Shown: positions 1 to 16,100 of the stretch, piece after piece
How the letters are laid out: every line of letters begins with the position of its first letter
Position numbering within the stretch: the first letter of the stretch is position 1
Origin: Perkinsus chesapeaki ATCC PRA-425
Lineage: Eukaryota > Protista > Perkinsozoa
Reading direction: 5' to 3'
Assembly (NCBI GenBank): GCA_013115145.1
Contig: JAAPAO010000135.1
Span: 2,486-66,485 of the forward strand
Length of the DNA stretch: 64,000 bases
Position numbers and translations under genes: made by a program
Notes under the pieces: generated by a model
What the model saw: only the letters and a program-made list of their open reading frames with translations
Databases searched by the model: none
What the model was told of the DNA's origin: nothing

Positions 1-179
1 CTAAGTTTCGATGTCCGACCATCCATTCATCTGGCGCACCAAATAATAGTGGGCCACTATTGATGAAAGGTGCGAAGAATTTTATTAAGTGAACGAGATT
101 GTGGGAATGTCAAACAGCTTCCGGGAAAATCGGGGAAGTGTCTGGATGTTACATGTGAATTTGGTTTTCTTTTTTTTTG

Positions 180-1236
180 CGAAATGTTATCTAAGTGGTG
201 GAACTGTGTCTCAGGCGGGGCGTTGTTGGATCGAGTGCAACGTGTTAAGAAAATGTCGATCGATCCGGCAAGTGCTAGCAGGAAAGTTGTTATTGGGAAT
301 ATTAAATGCGTCAAGGATGCCAAGGCTGAGCTGGAGGAATCTTTACAGCGCGCTAAAGATAAGAAGGAAGCGGGAGAGGAGGAGGAGGTTGAAGGTGGTA
401 ATTGGTGGAGAGAAAAGATACGTTTGCATCGTGGCAAAATGGGGATTGGTGAATTTTTTTGGTAGAAATTTATTTTTTCTCCGCGAACGTTCAAGAGGCA
501 AACTAGTGGCAAATCTTTATGGTGCGAAGATCATCAGAGATATCCGGGTCCGGCTCTGGGTGGTCTTCGCAGGAATATGTGATTCCAAGGTTCAATAGGA
601 GTTAATATCAGCAAAAAAATCCTGCAGTTTTGGACGAAAAATCTTTATAGTGCGAAGATGAGAGATATCTTGTGGTATCTTAGGTTAAGCTCACACTGTA
701 CTGCACAGTGTGTGCAATGTAGAGAATATCTCACTCCAAAATAGTGGAATATTCCTACTGTATCAAATACCTTCTGTGTGGCATCGGCAGGCGTTGGAGA
801 TTTGACGGCGCAATCGTCCTGAATTACCTTGTTGGTTTTTATGCAGTATTTCATTTTTTCGTCCCAGTCGACGGCAGACTTCCTTGAGGAGTTTCCTTTA
901 CTTTCAGATGTGGTTTGCGAAGATCTGGACGATGATTTACTTTTCGAAGGGGGTGATGATGATTTATATCTTTTGGAGAGTGCCGCAGAACTCGAAGCTG
1001 CTCTGGGGGATGTAATTGAAGAACTGAAAAGTTTGGCGGTGTCGGCGGCAGATGATATCTTAGCGGAGCGAAGCGGAAAATTAGCGTCGAAAATTGATGA
1101 GTTGGTTTTGGCGATTACGACTGGCAGCGATGATGAGGAAGAATTTGATGATATCTTTGAGGAGCTTGAAAGGGAGGGTTGGAGATTTGGTCATGTTCGG
1201 GAAATAGTACGGAGAGAGATGATATCTTTAGGTTGA
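180..1236 (+). CDS. 3' part of a multi-exon gene: possible KH-like segment plus acidic C-terminal exon
   Basis: ORF 70-465 (…KVVIGNIKCVKDAKAELEESL) loosely resembles a KH C-terminal strand/helix. ORF 829-1236 is a plausible acidic helical last exon. Exon linkage not resolved. Confidence 0.3.
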
Positions 1237-1740
1237 GCGAGTAAGATTCATTATAGGTTACTTCACTAACGTTTCTTCGGATTGTTGATGTTGTGTTAAT
1301 TCTATTGTTTTCAATGGGAGGAGAGAAAGAGGAAGAAAGCACCTGCGAAATACGTAGTAAGACTTTATTGACATTTCCTGAGGAAAGATAATTACTGGAA
1401 TATAGAATTGTGGAAAAGTGGTGGTGAAACTCGGTCATTGGAGCGAGAAGTTTGAGATAGGTGAATCAGCACAGAAATATCTGTTCGTTGTGGTCGTTAT
1501 ATGACGTCCTGCTATTGATACCAGTCATAGTAGGCGTCTTTGAGTAGTAGGTCTTTTGCTCATCATGACAATCGATGACAATCGTCAATACGCGAACGTG
1601 ATATATGTAAGAACAAGCCAAATTTTACTGCACTTGTATGATTATATATTATTATTTGTTTTATTCGATACTGCGATCAGTTTTCTGTAAGAAGTTTTCT
1701 CACTTCAGCGCCACCAAAGCATACCCGTGAGTAGTATTAG

Positions 1741-2415
1741 GTGCTTTCAAATAGGCAGCTACTTCAGCAAGCAGCTTCAGAGGTTTGCCGTCCGCTGCGG
1801 CGCTGGATTGCCGGTGGAAATTGCGTGGTTAATTCTGCATCATTATTGTTATCCTGGTTTCATGACAGGGTGTGGCAAAGTATCTTTCTCGCACCCGGAA
1901 GATTTTTGGCTGTATTGGGGAATCTTTCGCACTGCAAAATCCGCCCGCAGTTTTCTGTTTAGTTTTTCATGTCTCATCTTCCAGCAGATGCGCACCGGGA
2001 AGATTTTTCGGAGGTCATCGAGCAAATTTATAAGATTCTCGGGAATCGTTCGATTCCAGAAGAGTTGGAAAATCTAAAAACTCAACCGAGGAAATTCAGG
2101 AAAAAATTTTCCAAAATTTGCGCGGAAAATAATGGTGAAATTTTGCGGGATTTTATGCGAGCGAAAGGAGCTGGTCGAAGAACTTGCCATGGCCTTGTCG
2201 ATGGAGTGTTTGTATTCGAGAGATGGTGCGCTGATTTGGGAATTACTAACATTGATGCTGTTGAGATATACAAAGGTGATAGGATCATGGGGGATAATAG
2301 GATTCCATCGAGAAATTCAGGAAAGTATTCGGGGGGATTTGTGAGGGTGGGATGGGCTTGTACGGCTAGGAACCTCGAACCATTCAATAGGGTTGCGAGC
2401 GGGGAAAAGTGTTAA
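1741..2415 (+). CDS. Hypothetical protein, frame or splicing unresolved
   Basis: Protein-like segments in three frames (1741, 1969, 2132) with no clear splice path and no recognised motif. Confidence 0.2.
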
Positions 2416-2703
2416 TGAATATTGGTAGCCTTCAATGTGGGCTATTGTCGGGTTTTGCAAGTAAGTGATGGTTCTGTCTTAAATATTGGGTGCAAGCAGC
2501 TTGAAGGGGGAGTAGACTTTGGTAGACTTGGAAGTAATGTGCTTCATTCACGACTCTGGCGGCAACCACTTTGTCGAAGGGAAATTACCGTTCTCTCTCT
2601 GATGAGCATTTAGGTATTATTTTTCGAATTTTATCGGGGCGTGGAGTAAAGGGAATCTTGTTAATCGAATTTGAGGTTGGTTAGAGAAATATCCTCACTT
2701 CAG

Positions 2704-3932
2704 GTGAGCATTCTCATAAACTACTCCAAGCTTTCCATCAGCTTGTGTCATTTGTCCCCCCGGAATCTTCTGAGGTGCATATCCGAGGTTGCGCGTGCTT
2801 GGATTGTCGATGGTCGAGTATGTTGGATCATTACATCACCACAAATTCGATCCTGCCGACTTCGACGATTCAAAGATTGGTTTCGAAGGGAGTGCCGGAA
2901 GGAATCCGGGAGGAGGTTTGGTTTTGGCTGTCGGGTGGCAGCTCGGTCGCACTCGAGAGAAATCCGCACTACAAAGATTTGCTGGATCAAGATGGCGGGT
3001 TTGGAGAATTGATAGACTTGGATGTCTCCAGAACATTTTGCGAGGAAAAAAATTGGCAGAAAAAAGGCGGAGCGAAGATTTTGAAACGGCTCTTGCGAGC
3101 TTACTCGGTGAGGAACCCGATGGTGGGTTACTGCCAGGGCATGAGCTATGTCGCGGCATTGCTGATCGATTGCTGTTCGGAAGAAGTGGCGTTCTGCTGC
3201 CTATGTGCGTTGATCGAGGATGGTCCGATGCCGCCGGATTATTATACCAGTTTGAAAGGCGCGGTGGTGGACAGGCTTGTGTTGGAGGAACTGGCTGAGC
3301 AGTATCTAAAGGGATTATGTGGCGCGCTGGAAAATGAGCAGAGGAGTTTGAGCGAGTTTTCGTTCTTGACTATTCCGTGGTATCTTTGTCTTTTCACGGC
3401 GACGCTTCCTGTCGATGTTTCCACCCGGATTTGGGACTTTTATCTGGCCAACGGAATGTGCGTAATTTTCCGAGTGTCTCTGGGAATATTGATGGTGGCT
3501 CAGGGACCGATAGTTAGTGGAGAGGACAGCTTGAATGATTTGCGAGATCTGATAGAAAAATCGATAAATGAGCTTGGGGTCTGTGATGTCCCGGATTATT
3601 GCACTGCTTTTAATAAAGTGACGAATACTGTGATTGATGTGATGAGGGAGAGCAAACGGAAGGAGATCGAAAAGGAGGAAGAGGTTGATAGGAAATTCGG
3701 GAGAAAAACTGATAATATGGATAGGTGTTTTCTCACTGTGAAGGATTCTCCGGAGCCAACTGAGAAGGTTGATGATGACTACTTTCAAGTGGAGAAGCGT
3801 CGGGCAGATTCTGGCGGCAGTAGTGGTCGGAGAGGGGAAAGATTGATGCAGGAATTGGGCGATTTTATGATGGCGACATTCCCGGCGGGCAGACGGAGAA
3901 GGAAGGGTGAAAGGAGATTGCAAAATATGTAA
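2704..3932 (+). CDS. TBC-domain Rab GTPase-activating protein
   Basis: IREEVW, arginine finger IDLDVSRTF, glutamine finger GYCQGM, PWYLCLF and RIWD. The frame is open back to a cttcag acceptor at about 2703; upstream exons unresolved. Confidence 0.92.
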
Positions 3933-4099
3933 AATTTTTGATGAGCTGACGATTTGTGTTTTGAAAAAGATCGGGATATTGCTGAAATTTCAGGCGGGGG
4001 GGGATTTCTCGGGAAAAATTCAATAGTTTCTCAATTTTGGTGGACGGGAATTTTTTCATGGGAAATTACCGCATTTGGAATTCTCTCGGGTGAGTCTGG

Positions 4100-4375
4100 C
4101 GTATCTTTCAAGGACCTTGAGGATCTTTCAAGGTGGAGCGTATCTTTCAAGCGTATCTTTCAAGTNNNNNNNNNNNNNNNNNNNNNNNNNNNNNNNNNNN
4201 NNNNNNNNNNNNNNNNNNNNNNNNNNNNNNNNNNNNNNNNNNNNNNNNNNNNNNNNNNNNNAAGGTTGAGCGTATCTTTCAAGGTTGAGCGTATCTTTCA
4301 AGGTTGAGCGTATCTTTCAAGGTTGAGCGTATCTTTCAAGGTTGAGCGTATCTTACAAGGTTGAGCGTATCTTTT
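4100..4375. repeat. 19-bp minisatellite (AAGGTTGAGCGTATCTTTC)n spanning an assembly gap
   Basis: Six copies at 4262-4375 (last two with one mismatch each); degenerate and partial units before the gap. Confidence 0.92.
4166..4261. other. Assembly gap (96 N)
   Basis: Run of N inside the minisatellite. Confidence 1.
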
Positions 4376-4383
4376 GCATTTTT

Positions 4384-8825
<4,442 letters not shown>

Positions 8826-9374
8826 TAAAGTTTAATACCACATTTTCTAACGTGATGAGTATATTGAGCATTGCTTCCAATAAAGATATTGTCTTGTTCA
8901 CGGCGTGAACTTCACGCGTTCTACAAGTTCTGTGAAAGTTAGATCAGAGACTACTGCAGCAGTGGACTCAATGATGGGACCTGACAGCGCGCGCCAGAGT
9001 TGCGTCGACAGACATGGTGCAGCCTGGGGTGCTTCAAGCCATTAAACTAGGACAGTTACAGCAGCTGTGGTTGTCGATCAAGTATAATCATCGATTCGAC
9101 TCGTATCGTTTAGTGACGCTTGTCAATTGTACGTGTCTATATCTTGACAAGCGTGTGGCATGGGAATGCCAAGTTAAGAAGATGGTGAATTGCTCGGCTA
9201 TGTCTCTGTCTCTGAGGAGAAGATAACTTGCACATCCTTAAGGTACAAGTCTCTCGCACTCTTTCGCTCGCCCCTCCTTCTCGAGCATGGAATCGTCCAA
9301 AAAGGAGACTGCAGTTTCTGTGAAGGGTGTTGTTATATTACGAAGCACTGTACTGGTAGTGTTTTATGCCCTCG

Positions 9375-10753
9375 ATGTCGGTGGATTCATTTGCCAAATC
9401 TAACAGGCTCGTATACTTCATCCTCGGCCTCCTGGTGTATGAATGTGATGCTATAACTTCCGGAGCGGCAAATCGTGTTTTAGGTCAAGAAAGATCAATG
9501 GTGGTATCTTCTGCCACCCCTTTGAATCATTTCCTACCTTTTCAGAAACCAGAATACAAGACAACTTCGACCTCAAACGGCACCGCATCCACACAAGTAC
9601 GGTTGCTATTCCTTCAACTATCTGTGGTTCGCATTATCGTTCAGATCACTTACGGCAAGTTTGCTGGCGAGCTCGTAGAACTATCCCTCGCGAAGAACTT
9701 CGAGAAGCCGTAAGCTCTACAAGTCGAACTTCCCCTTTCCTTGGTCTTACTGTCCTCAAACCATTCAATCGAGTGGTGCGAAGAACAGACTTGCAAGTTT
9801 ACTCGCTAAGGAAGTCAACCGCTTGGATTTAATTTTGTTGTTCTTCTCTATTGCATCCGAGCTTCAGTATGTCTGATAACCTTGATTAAAAGTAGTAGCA
9901 GGTCCCCGTCGAGAAACTCACTACAGCATGATCAAGTATGGTTGGTGGATGAAGATTCATTAAGACAACTATCTTCTCCAGTTTTTGTACAATATACACA
10001 AAAGCATAAAGGGCCATTGTCTTTGGGAAAGCTTTCCATGGAGAAGACCTTCGAGAGTTACCTCCAAGCAGTGAAGAAGAAAGGAAGACAATTTCCTGGA
10101 TGCTCCATCGAAATGAATCTTAGAACGAAGTCTGTGACAGGCCTTCGATACACCGCACATGGGGCTCCTCGAGTCAGCACTTCTCTAAGGGTAGCTTACT
10201 GCACTGTCAAACGGTCTATTTAGCCCAACTATGTCAGGAAACCGCTTCACTCAGGATGAATCTGACGATGAGGAATCCTTCGGGAGGCCTTAAGATGTCT
10301 AGTTTGGAGTTAAAACTCTTTTGGCCAGACGAGTAAGTTACAACGATTCAAAAATCTCTCCTTCGCCCCTTGCCACGCAGTGTCTGAGTTGATTTATGAG
10401 TTTTGTTATTTTTCTGTAGGAGCCCATCGGAGCCTCATTTGAATAGAAGTGTTCTGCTCGATATTGAGTCGACAGGTCGTCGTGAGATACCCGCTGAGCA
10501 GCTTCGCGGTATCACCAAAGAAAAGTTGGAAATGGCTTGTTTAGTATTCGCTTTCGGAAAACCCGAAGAAAAAACGATTGAGGAGATGAGACTTAGAAAG
10601 AAAAAGATACAACAATTGTTCGGCATTTCTTTCCAACCTACTGAAGATTCTCGTGAAATGCTCCTCGAATCCTTCTCCGTCTACTATCATCTAGCTAACA
10701 GTGACGATGTCGAGGGCAGATTGATTCGACCTTCGATCAAGAGGTCCGAATGA
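9375..10753 (+). CDS. Lineage-specific secreted protein, paralogue A (6 exons)
   Basis: Signal peptide MSVDSFAKSNRLVYFILGLLVYECDA|ITSG; in-phase GT-AG exons; exon-by-exon similarity to 21625-23177. Confidence 0.75.
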
Positions 10754-11673
10754 TGAGTGTCCATGATGATGTGATATACACAGATGTGACGTTAATGCAA
10801 GTTTGAGCGTCCTGTGTTGAAGTTGACCATCTGTTATTCCACTTAATATTCACTCATTCATAATTATTTATTTTATATTTCTTGCTTATCTCAGCAAACC
10901 GATAAATTTTATCGTTCTATTTACAAACGACACTAACGTGAAGCCGACAGTCAATAAAAGAATGACCATCAATTAAAAATCATCGATTTTGAAGCAATCA
11001 AATTAATTAATCAAAATCATCATTATCAAAAATTATCATTATTAAGATTTTGTCACTTCAAGTGACGGGAAAATGTGAAGTTGTCTTACTCCATGTCGAC
11101 AGCTGTTGAAATAGACTCACGTTTATTCGCTTTCGTTGGATACTCTTATGGGTCTCCCTTCTCGCTTAGCGGCCTATCATCGTTGCCTTAAAGAAAGTAT
11201 TCGAGCAAACGAAACGATCTAGGCTGCCACAGAAGAGGGGTTGATAAAGCGTTGTCTTGCACGTGCGTGCAAATATCTTGTGCAATTTTGTTGTAGACAA
11301 ATGCGACTTCTTATAAATGTTATTTGGTTTGGCCTTGAGGTTGGCAGTTCATCACCAACAATCGAACAGGAGGTTGCCATTTCTGAAGCATTCCCAGATC
11401 GAGTCTGTTTGCAATCAGGTAAGTTCTCATCGTCCCGCTGCTGTACCATATTGCATTCCTGTTCCGTAAGTCTCGCCAGTTTCGCGCAAACAGAATACGA
11501 GCTGGATTGTCATAGCACAAAATGGTCTGATGATCCTGCTCGAGTAGGGTTTGGGTTGTTGTTTAGCTTTCATGCCACTCTCACATCGTCACTCTACTTG
11601 TTAACCTTCAGCAACTAGATATGAAGTTGATAAATCATTTTATTAGTATTACTAAAGCAACTTCTAGTTCCAT

Positions 11674-11700
11674 ATGCGCATTCAGAGTCTGAATGCGCAT
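11674..11700. repeat. 27-bp palindrome (13-bp arms, 1-nt centre)
   Basis: ATGCGCATTCAGA G TCTGAATGCGCAT. Confidence 0.95.
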
Positions 11701-13150
11701 TTGTGAATTGCCGTCTGAATTTCAGACAATAAGCGCAGGACGGAGACAATTGTTGTGTCATCACGAACTGCATGGGAATACTAGTATCATTGTATTTATT
11801 ATTGTATTTAGCCACGAAATCGAATGGCATCTACGAAGCTGATGAACCTGGTTGGATTGTCGTCGGCTCCGAACTGTATGCGAAGTTACTTCAACAAGCG
11901 ATGGTGAGATCATCAGAAATTTGCCCAAAATATAGTATTATGCATTCCGAGCGTGTACCCAAATATATAGCATGTACAGTGGCACCACCTAGGAGGTCCG
12001 CTTGACTCTCCGTTCAACACTGATCATCAGTGGCTGCCGCCAAATCTATGTCAACTGAGAACATGTTGAAGCTCTCATGATAGCGTGGAGGTTTCGGTTG
12101 AAAGATTGACAAAGAGGCTCAGGAATTGGGTCTCATAATGAAAGACATGAACCAATTATGGCGCGAATTTATGATGAAAGTTTCACCACATTGAATCAAG
12201 TTTAGATCGAGTAATGGTGAAGCATCAAGTAGACGAAATGGCCAATTTTCCGAGTATACAAGCTTTCTATGATCGATGCTAAGCAGAGATTGTCGAAAGG
12301 GCAACTTTCAGGGGCATAAAAATAACAGCTCAAATGGGAAAGCCTGTTGGGGGTATTCCCACTTTGCGTGCAACTCAGCTCTCCGCGGAGGCGCAACATG
12401 ACAGAGTTATACAACAACTTGCAGCAGAACTCACCGATCATGGAAAAACGGGAAACGAAATGAGCGGAGCGATGCAAGGAATTAGTAAACCAGTAAATAC
12501 AAAGAATGTTGGAGAAGCTGAAAAGACTGAGGGGCAACATTTTCCTATCATGTAGGCATTCAATTGGCCTTAGAATTCAATTCAGTATGGAGTTCAAGGC
12601 GGAAATGTGAGTCCCACCGTTCCGCCATTTTGTTAGACTATTGAGTATCGATAATACTTTATATCAACATCTGTTCTTATAATCATCCTAAATAAGATAA
12701 CTCGATATGCGCACTATACAATCGATAATATTCAACATTAAGCGATTACTGTGATATCGACTATATAATATGTCTATTGGTATATAAACGTAACTCAGTG
12801 TGACAGATGTGAGGAGGAGCACTAGTTCTTCTTCACGATGCGCTCGCTGTTACACGTTTAAATTTGGGAAAATCGAGCGCATGTTGTCGATGGCAAGTTG
12901 GGCCTCTCGGTGGTAACTATCAAATTAGTGACGTATAAGAAACAGCCGTTGCAAATGAAATAGGATATATCTCTTCCAATCATCCCTGGTTGACTACCGA
13001 GGAGTCTGAAACTTGATAGATCAGTAATACAGCAGGTGGGACAGCTCTCCAGTTGTATCATTAGTCTGACCTTCAATACGAATACCTTTGCTCAAGCTAC
13101 ACTATCGTATCGTACCCCCGAATACATCCATAAAATTGTTGCCTTTTTAG

Positions 13151-16100
13151 ACTCTCCTAACACACAGCTGTCATTGAATAATGTTGATGGCCTTTTGGTC
13201 AGATTCATCATTATTGCTGTTACGGCGGGCATTCTTATCTGCTCCTTATGTGAGAATCTGGTCAAGGTTCTTCCGCCGACAGTGGCAGTGTTCAAACTAG
13301 GAATGGTAGGATTCTCTGAAGTGCGAAATCGATCATGTGATCGATTTTCAGTTATTGGCTGTTTTGATACATCATTTCCCTCTCCACAGATGGGGCGTCA
13401 TAGGCGAGAGCATCGAGAGGTAAGTCTACAAGTAATTTCGTGGCGAGTGACGTTTCAGTTGGTTGATCGTGGATCCACATCTCATCTGCTTTGTATTCAT
13501 CCCTATGCTCATGTTTGGCGACGTACTCGCCTTGGATGCCAACTTGGTTAGAGGAGGCCTGCTGCAGTGAGCTCGGTTGTGAATATTTCTAATACCAAGA
13601 TTTGCCACAAAATTTTCTCTTACTGGAGAATACAGGAGCAACCAGATTCCTTCGGTTTGATGGTCTTCTATGACTCCCTAACCTCGCTTGATGTTTTTAC
13701 ATGTTTTTATTCAACCTGCTTCATGACCATTCTACCCGAGGGTTCTAGGAATCTGGGGGTGGTCTCCTGAGACCTTCGGGCGCAGGTGTTGGAATAAAGT
13801 CGATATAGGGATGCAAAGATTGGTATAGAATAGCATTTCAGAACTGTGATTTAATCAGTTCTTTTTTTCATTGGTAAGGTGCACGTAGGTGATCCGGCCC
13901 AAAGAATATGTTTTTAAAACGGCTCTTGTCAGCAAACCGAAACGTTAATTTTACTAGGACGCTCAGGCTTAGTCTGACTGCTCCTAGCATTTCTGATTTT
14001 TTCGGGAATTCAAAGCTTGAATTCAAGGACGGTTTAAAATTATAAACCAATCCAAAAATACACATTTTTGGTAACCCTGGTGTATGTGTGAGTTTAACAT
14101 AAATTATATCAGCACCGGCAATAGGTCAGAGAGGCACATGATTTATATTATCAAGAATCATCACTCTGAAAGCCCTTCGTTCTCAGAGCGGTTCTTATGT
14201 CGACTGTTGGTTTCTTAATATCGGCGTTCATGTCATCATTGCCGACAAGGTGGGTCCGAAAACTCATATGAAGACCGTGTTGGCATTTTCACAAAAGATA
14301 GAACAGCGCAGTGTGAACAGGTTTCCACATGGCTAACTGGAAGCATCCCCCTGTTGTTTAAAACAACAGTTAAAGCAACTAATTTTGAGCACGTAAAGAA
14401 TCATTTAAAATAGTCGAGATGCATCATTCCATTTCAAGAACTCATTGTGCCCTGGATGATCACGAAGAACAGGAACATTAAGTGGAGATGCTTTCCGAAT
14501 GAGTGAACTGTCATCCTGATCTGTCGGATATGCCTTCATACGTTCAACCCGAAATTGCAACCGAAGAACACTTTGTGAGAAATACGAAAGCCAATTAAGG
14601 AAGTGACTCCACATTGATAGACTATCTCCATAAGCTTCTAAATTGGCCCAGTATCTATTCAAGCTGCTCCCTGATCATCTTACTCAATACCCGGTATTAT
14701 TATAGATTCCTCCCATCAACTCGTGACTGGCCAATTGCTCTCGGTATCTGTTTTGGTGCGATAGTGTCGGGTACCGAGCCGACAGCAGCTATTTGGATAC
14801 TAAGGGCCCTCGGATGTGAGCTCCCCTTCAAGTTGCTCGATATTCTGACAGATGGGCAAAGATTCGTAGCCAACGAATCCTGGTTAACGGTGAACTACAA
14901 TAGCAAAATACTAGTTCGCATTCTTAGCAAGCTCTGTCTGTCATTTGAAGCTGTCGCTTCCTGCGAGTCATGGTCCTCCTCCTCCCACTGTACTGACTGC
15001 TACACTACATCTTGGAAACGCACCACGTAGAAAAATCAAATCAGACCTCGTAAGATCCTCATTCAGTTAGTCCGTGCTCTCGACCGTTAAAATACAAAGT
15101 GGCACACAACTAATGTTTTAGCATTTCGACATCACTAGCCCAGGCCCTGGACTCCAGGGATTTGCCATGTTCACTGTGCTACCTCAGCCACACAAAGGTT
15201 GAAGACCTTCATCGAGACCGAAAGCCTTCTTGGTGACGGCATGCTCATCGTGTTATATTCAGTCGCTAAGACAGAGCTGGATAATCAAGTGTCACCGTAT
15301 GGAGCTCGTAAGAATCATTCACGCTACTCGTTGAGGGATATCTTTTTCCGTATGGAATTAACGGAACACATTCCCACTGATGGAGTTTTCAAATTTCTAA
15401 TTTTTCTACAATCCTGTCTTGAGCAGGTATTCTACATGGGTCTACGTAATGCTCCAGCTCCCGGCTTTAGTTTTAGTCTTGTTTCAGTCGACATCGCTGT
15501 TTATGTCGTTCGTGCTGTACTCGGGTCAGTATCATTGGGGATGCTCATCGGCATGCATGGCCTAACTGCACTGGCCAAGATTAGTAACAGGTCAGTGATA
15601 ACAAACCAGGAAATATGGAATATAGTCGTGTGGAAAATATGCGTGCTTTGATGATTATTACGTGTAGCGATCGAACCTTCACTCGTTTTCCGAAGCTCCA
15701 TTGCAAAGCGCTTCACCGACATGTCCGGGCACATTCAGAAATAATTTATGAGCATCTGTCAGATTCGGGCAATACGACCTCACTCTCCAAACGACCATTT
15801 CGCTGGTGATCGCCTACGCCGCATTTTTCATCGCGGAAGTGTTCTTTGGTATGTCTGGCGTAATTACGACCTTCACAGCTGGGATGATGCTATCCTGGAG
15901 GTGAGATAGTCGCCGATCAATTCTCGCGCGCCATTTAATTATCAGGATGAGACCGTTACTGATAAGCAGCGATTCTATAGATTGGTTTTGGTCTGTTATG
16001 GAGTTCGTATCAAATGCCGTGGTGTTCTTCCTCGGTGGTGTGCTCTTTGGTGGGGCGTGCTATCGTGTTGAACCTATCGAGTTTGTCTGGTAAGCCGACT

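Noticed and set aside
3315-3923. Long antisense or alternate-frame ORFs (also 2789-3298, 44007-44417, 52964-53365)
   Set aside because: Shadows of real coding sequence with no motifs of their own.
11615-12005. Minus-strand CxxC..H..C finger ORF and plus-strand signal-peptide-like ORF
   Set aside because: Both overlap an AT-rich intron-like stretch and the palindrome. A third frame has better splice signals, so neither ORF is supportable.
13083-13097. SL-like CCTTTGCTCAAG upstream of the antiporter
   Set aside because: Too short and gapped; within chance.
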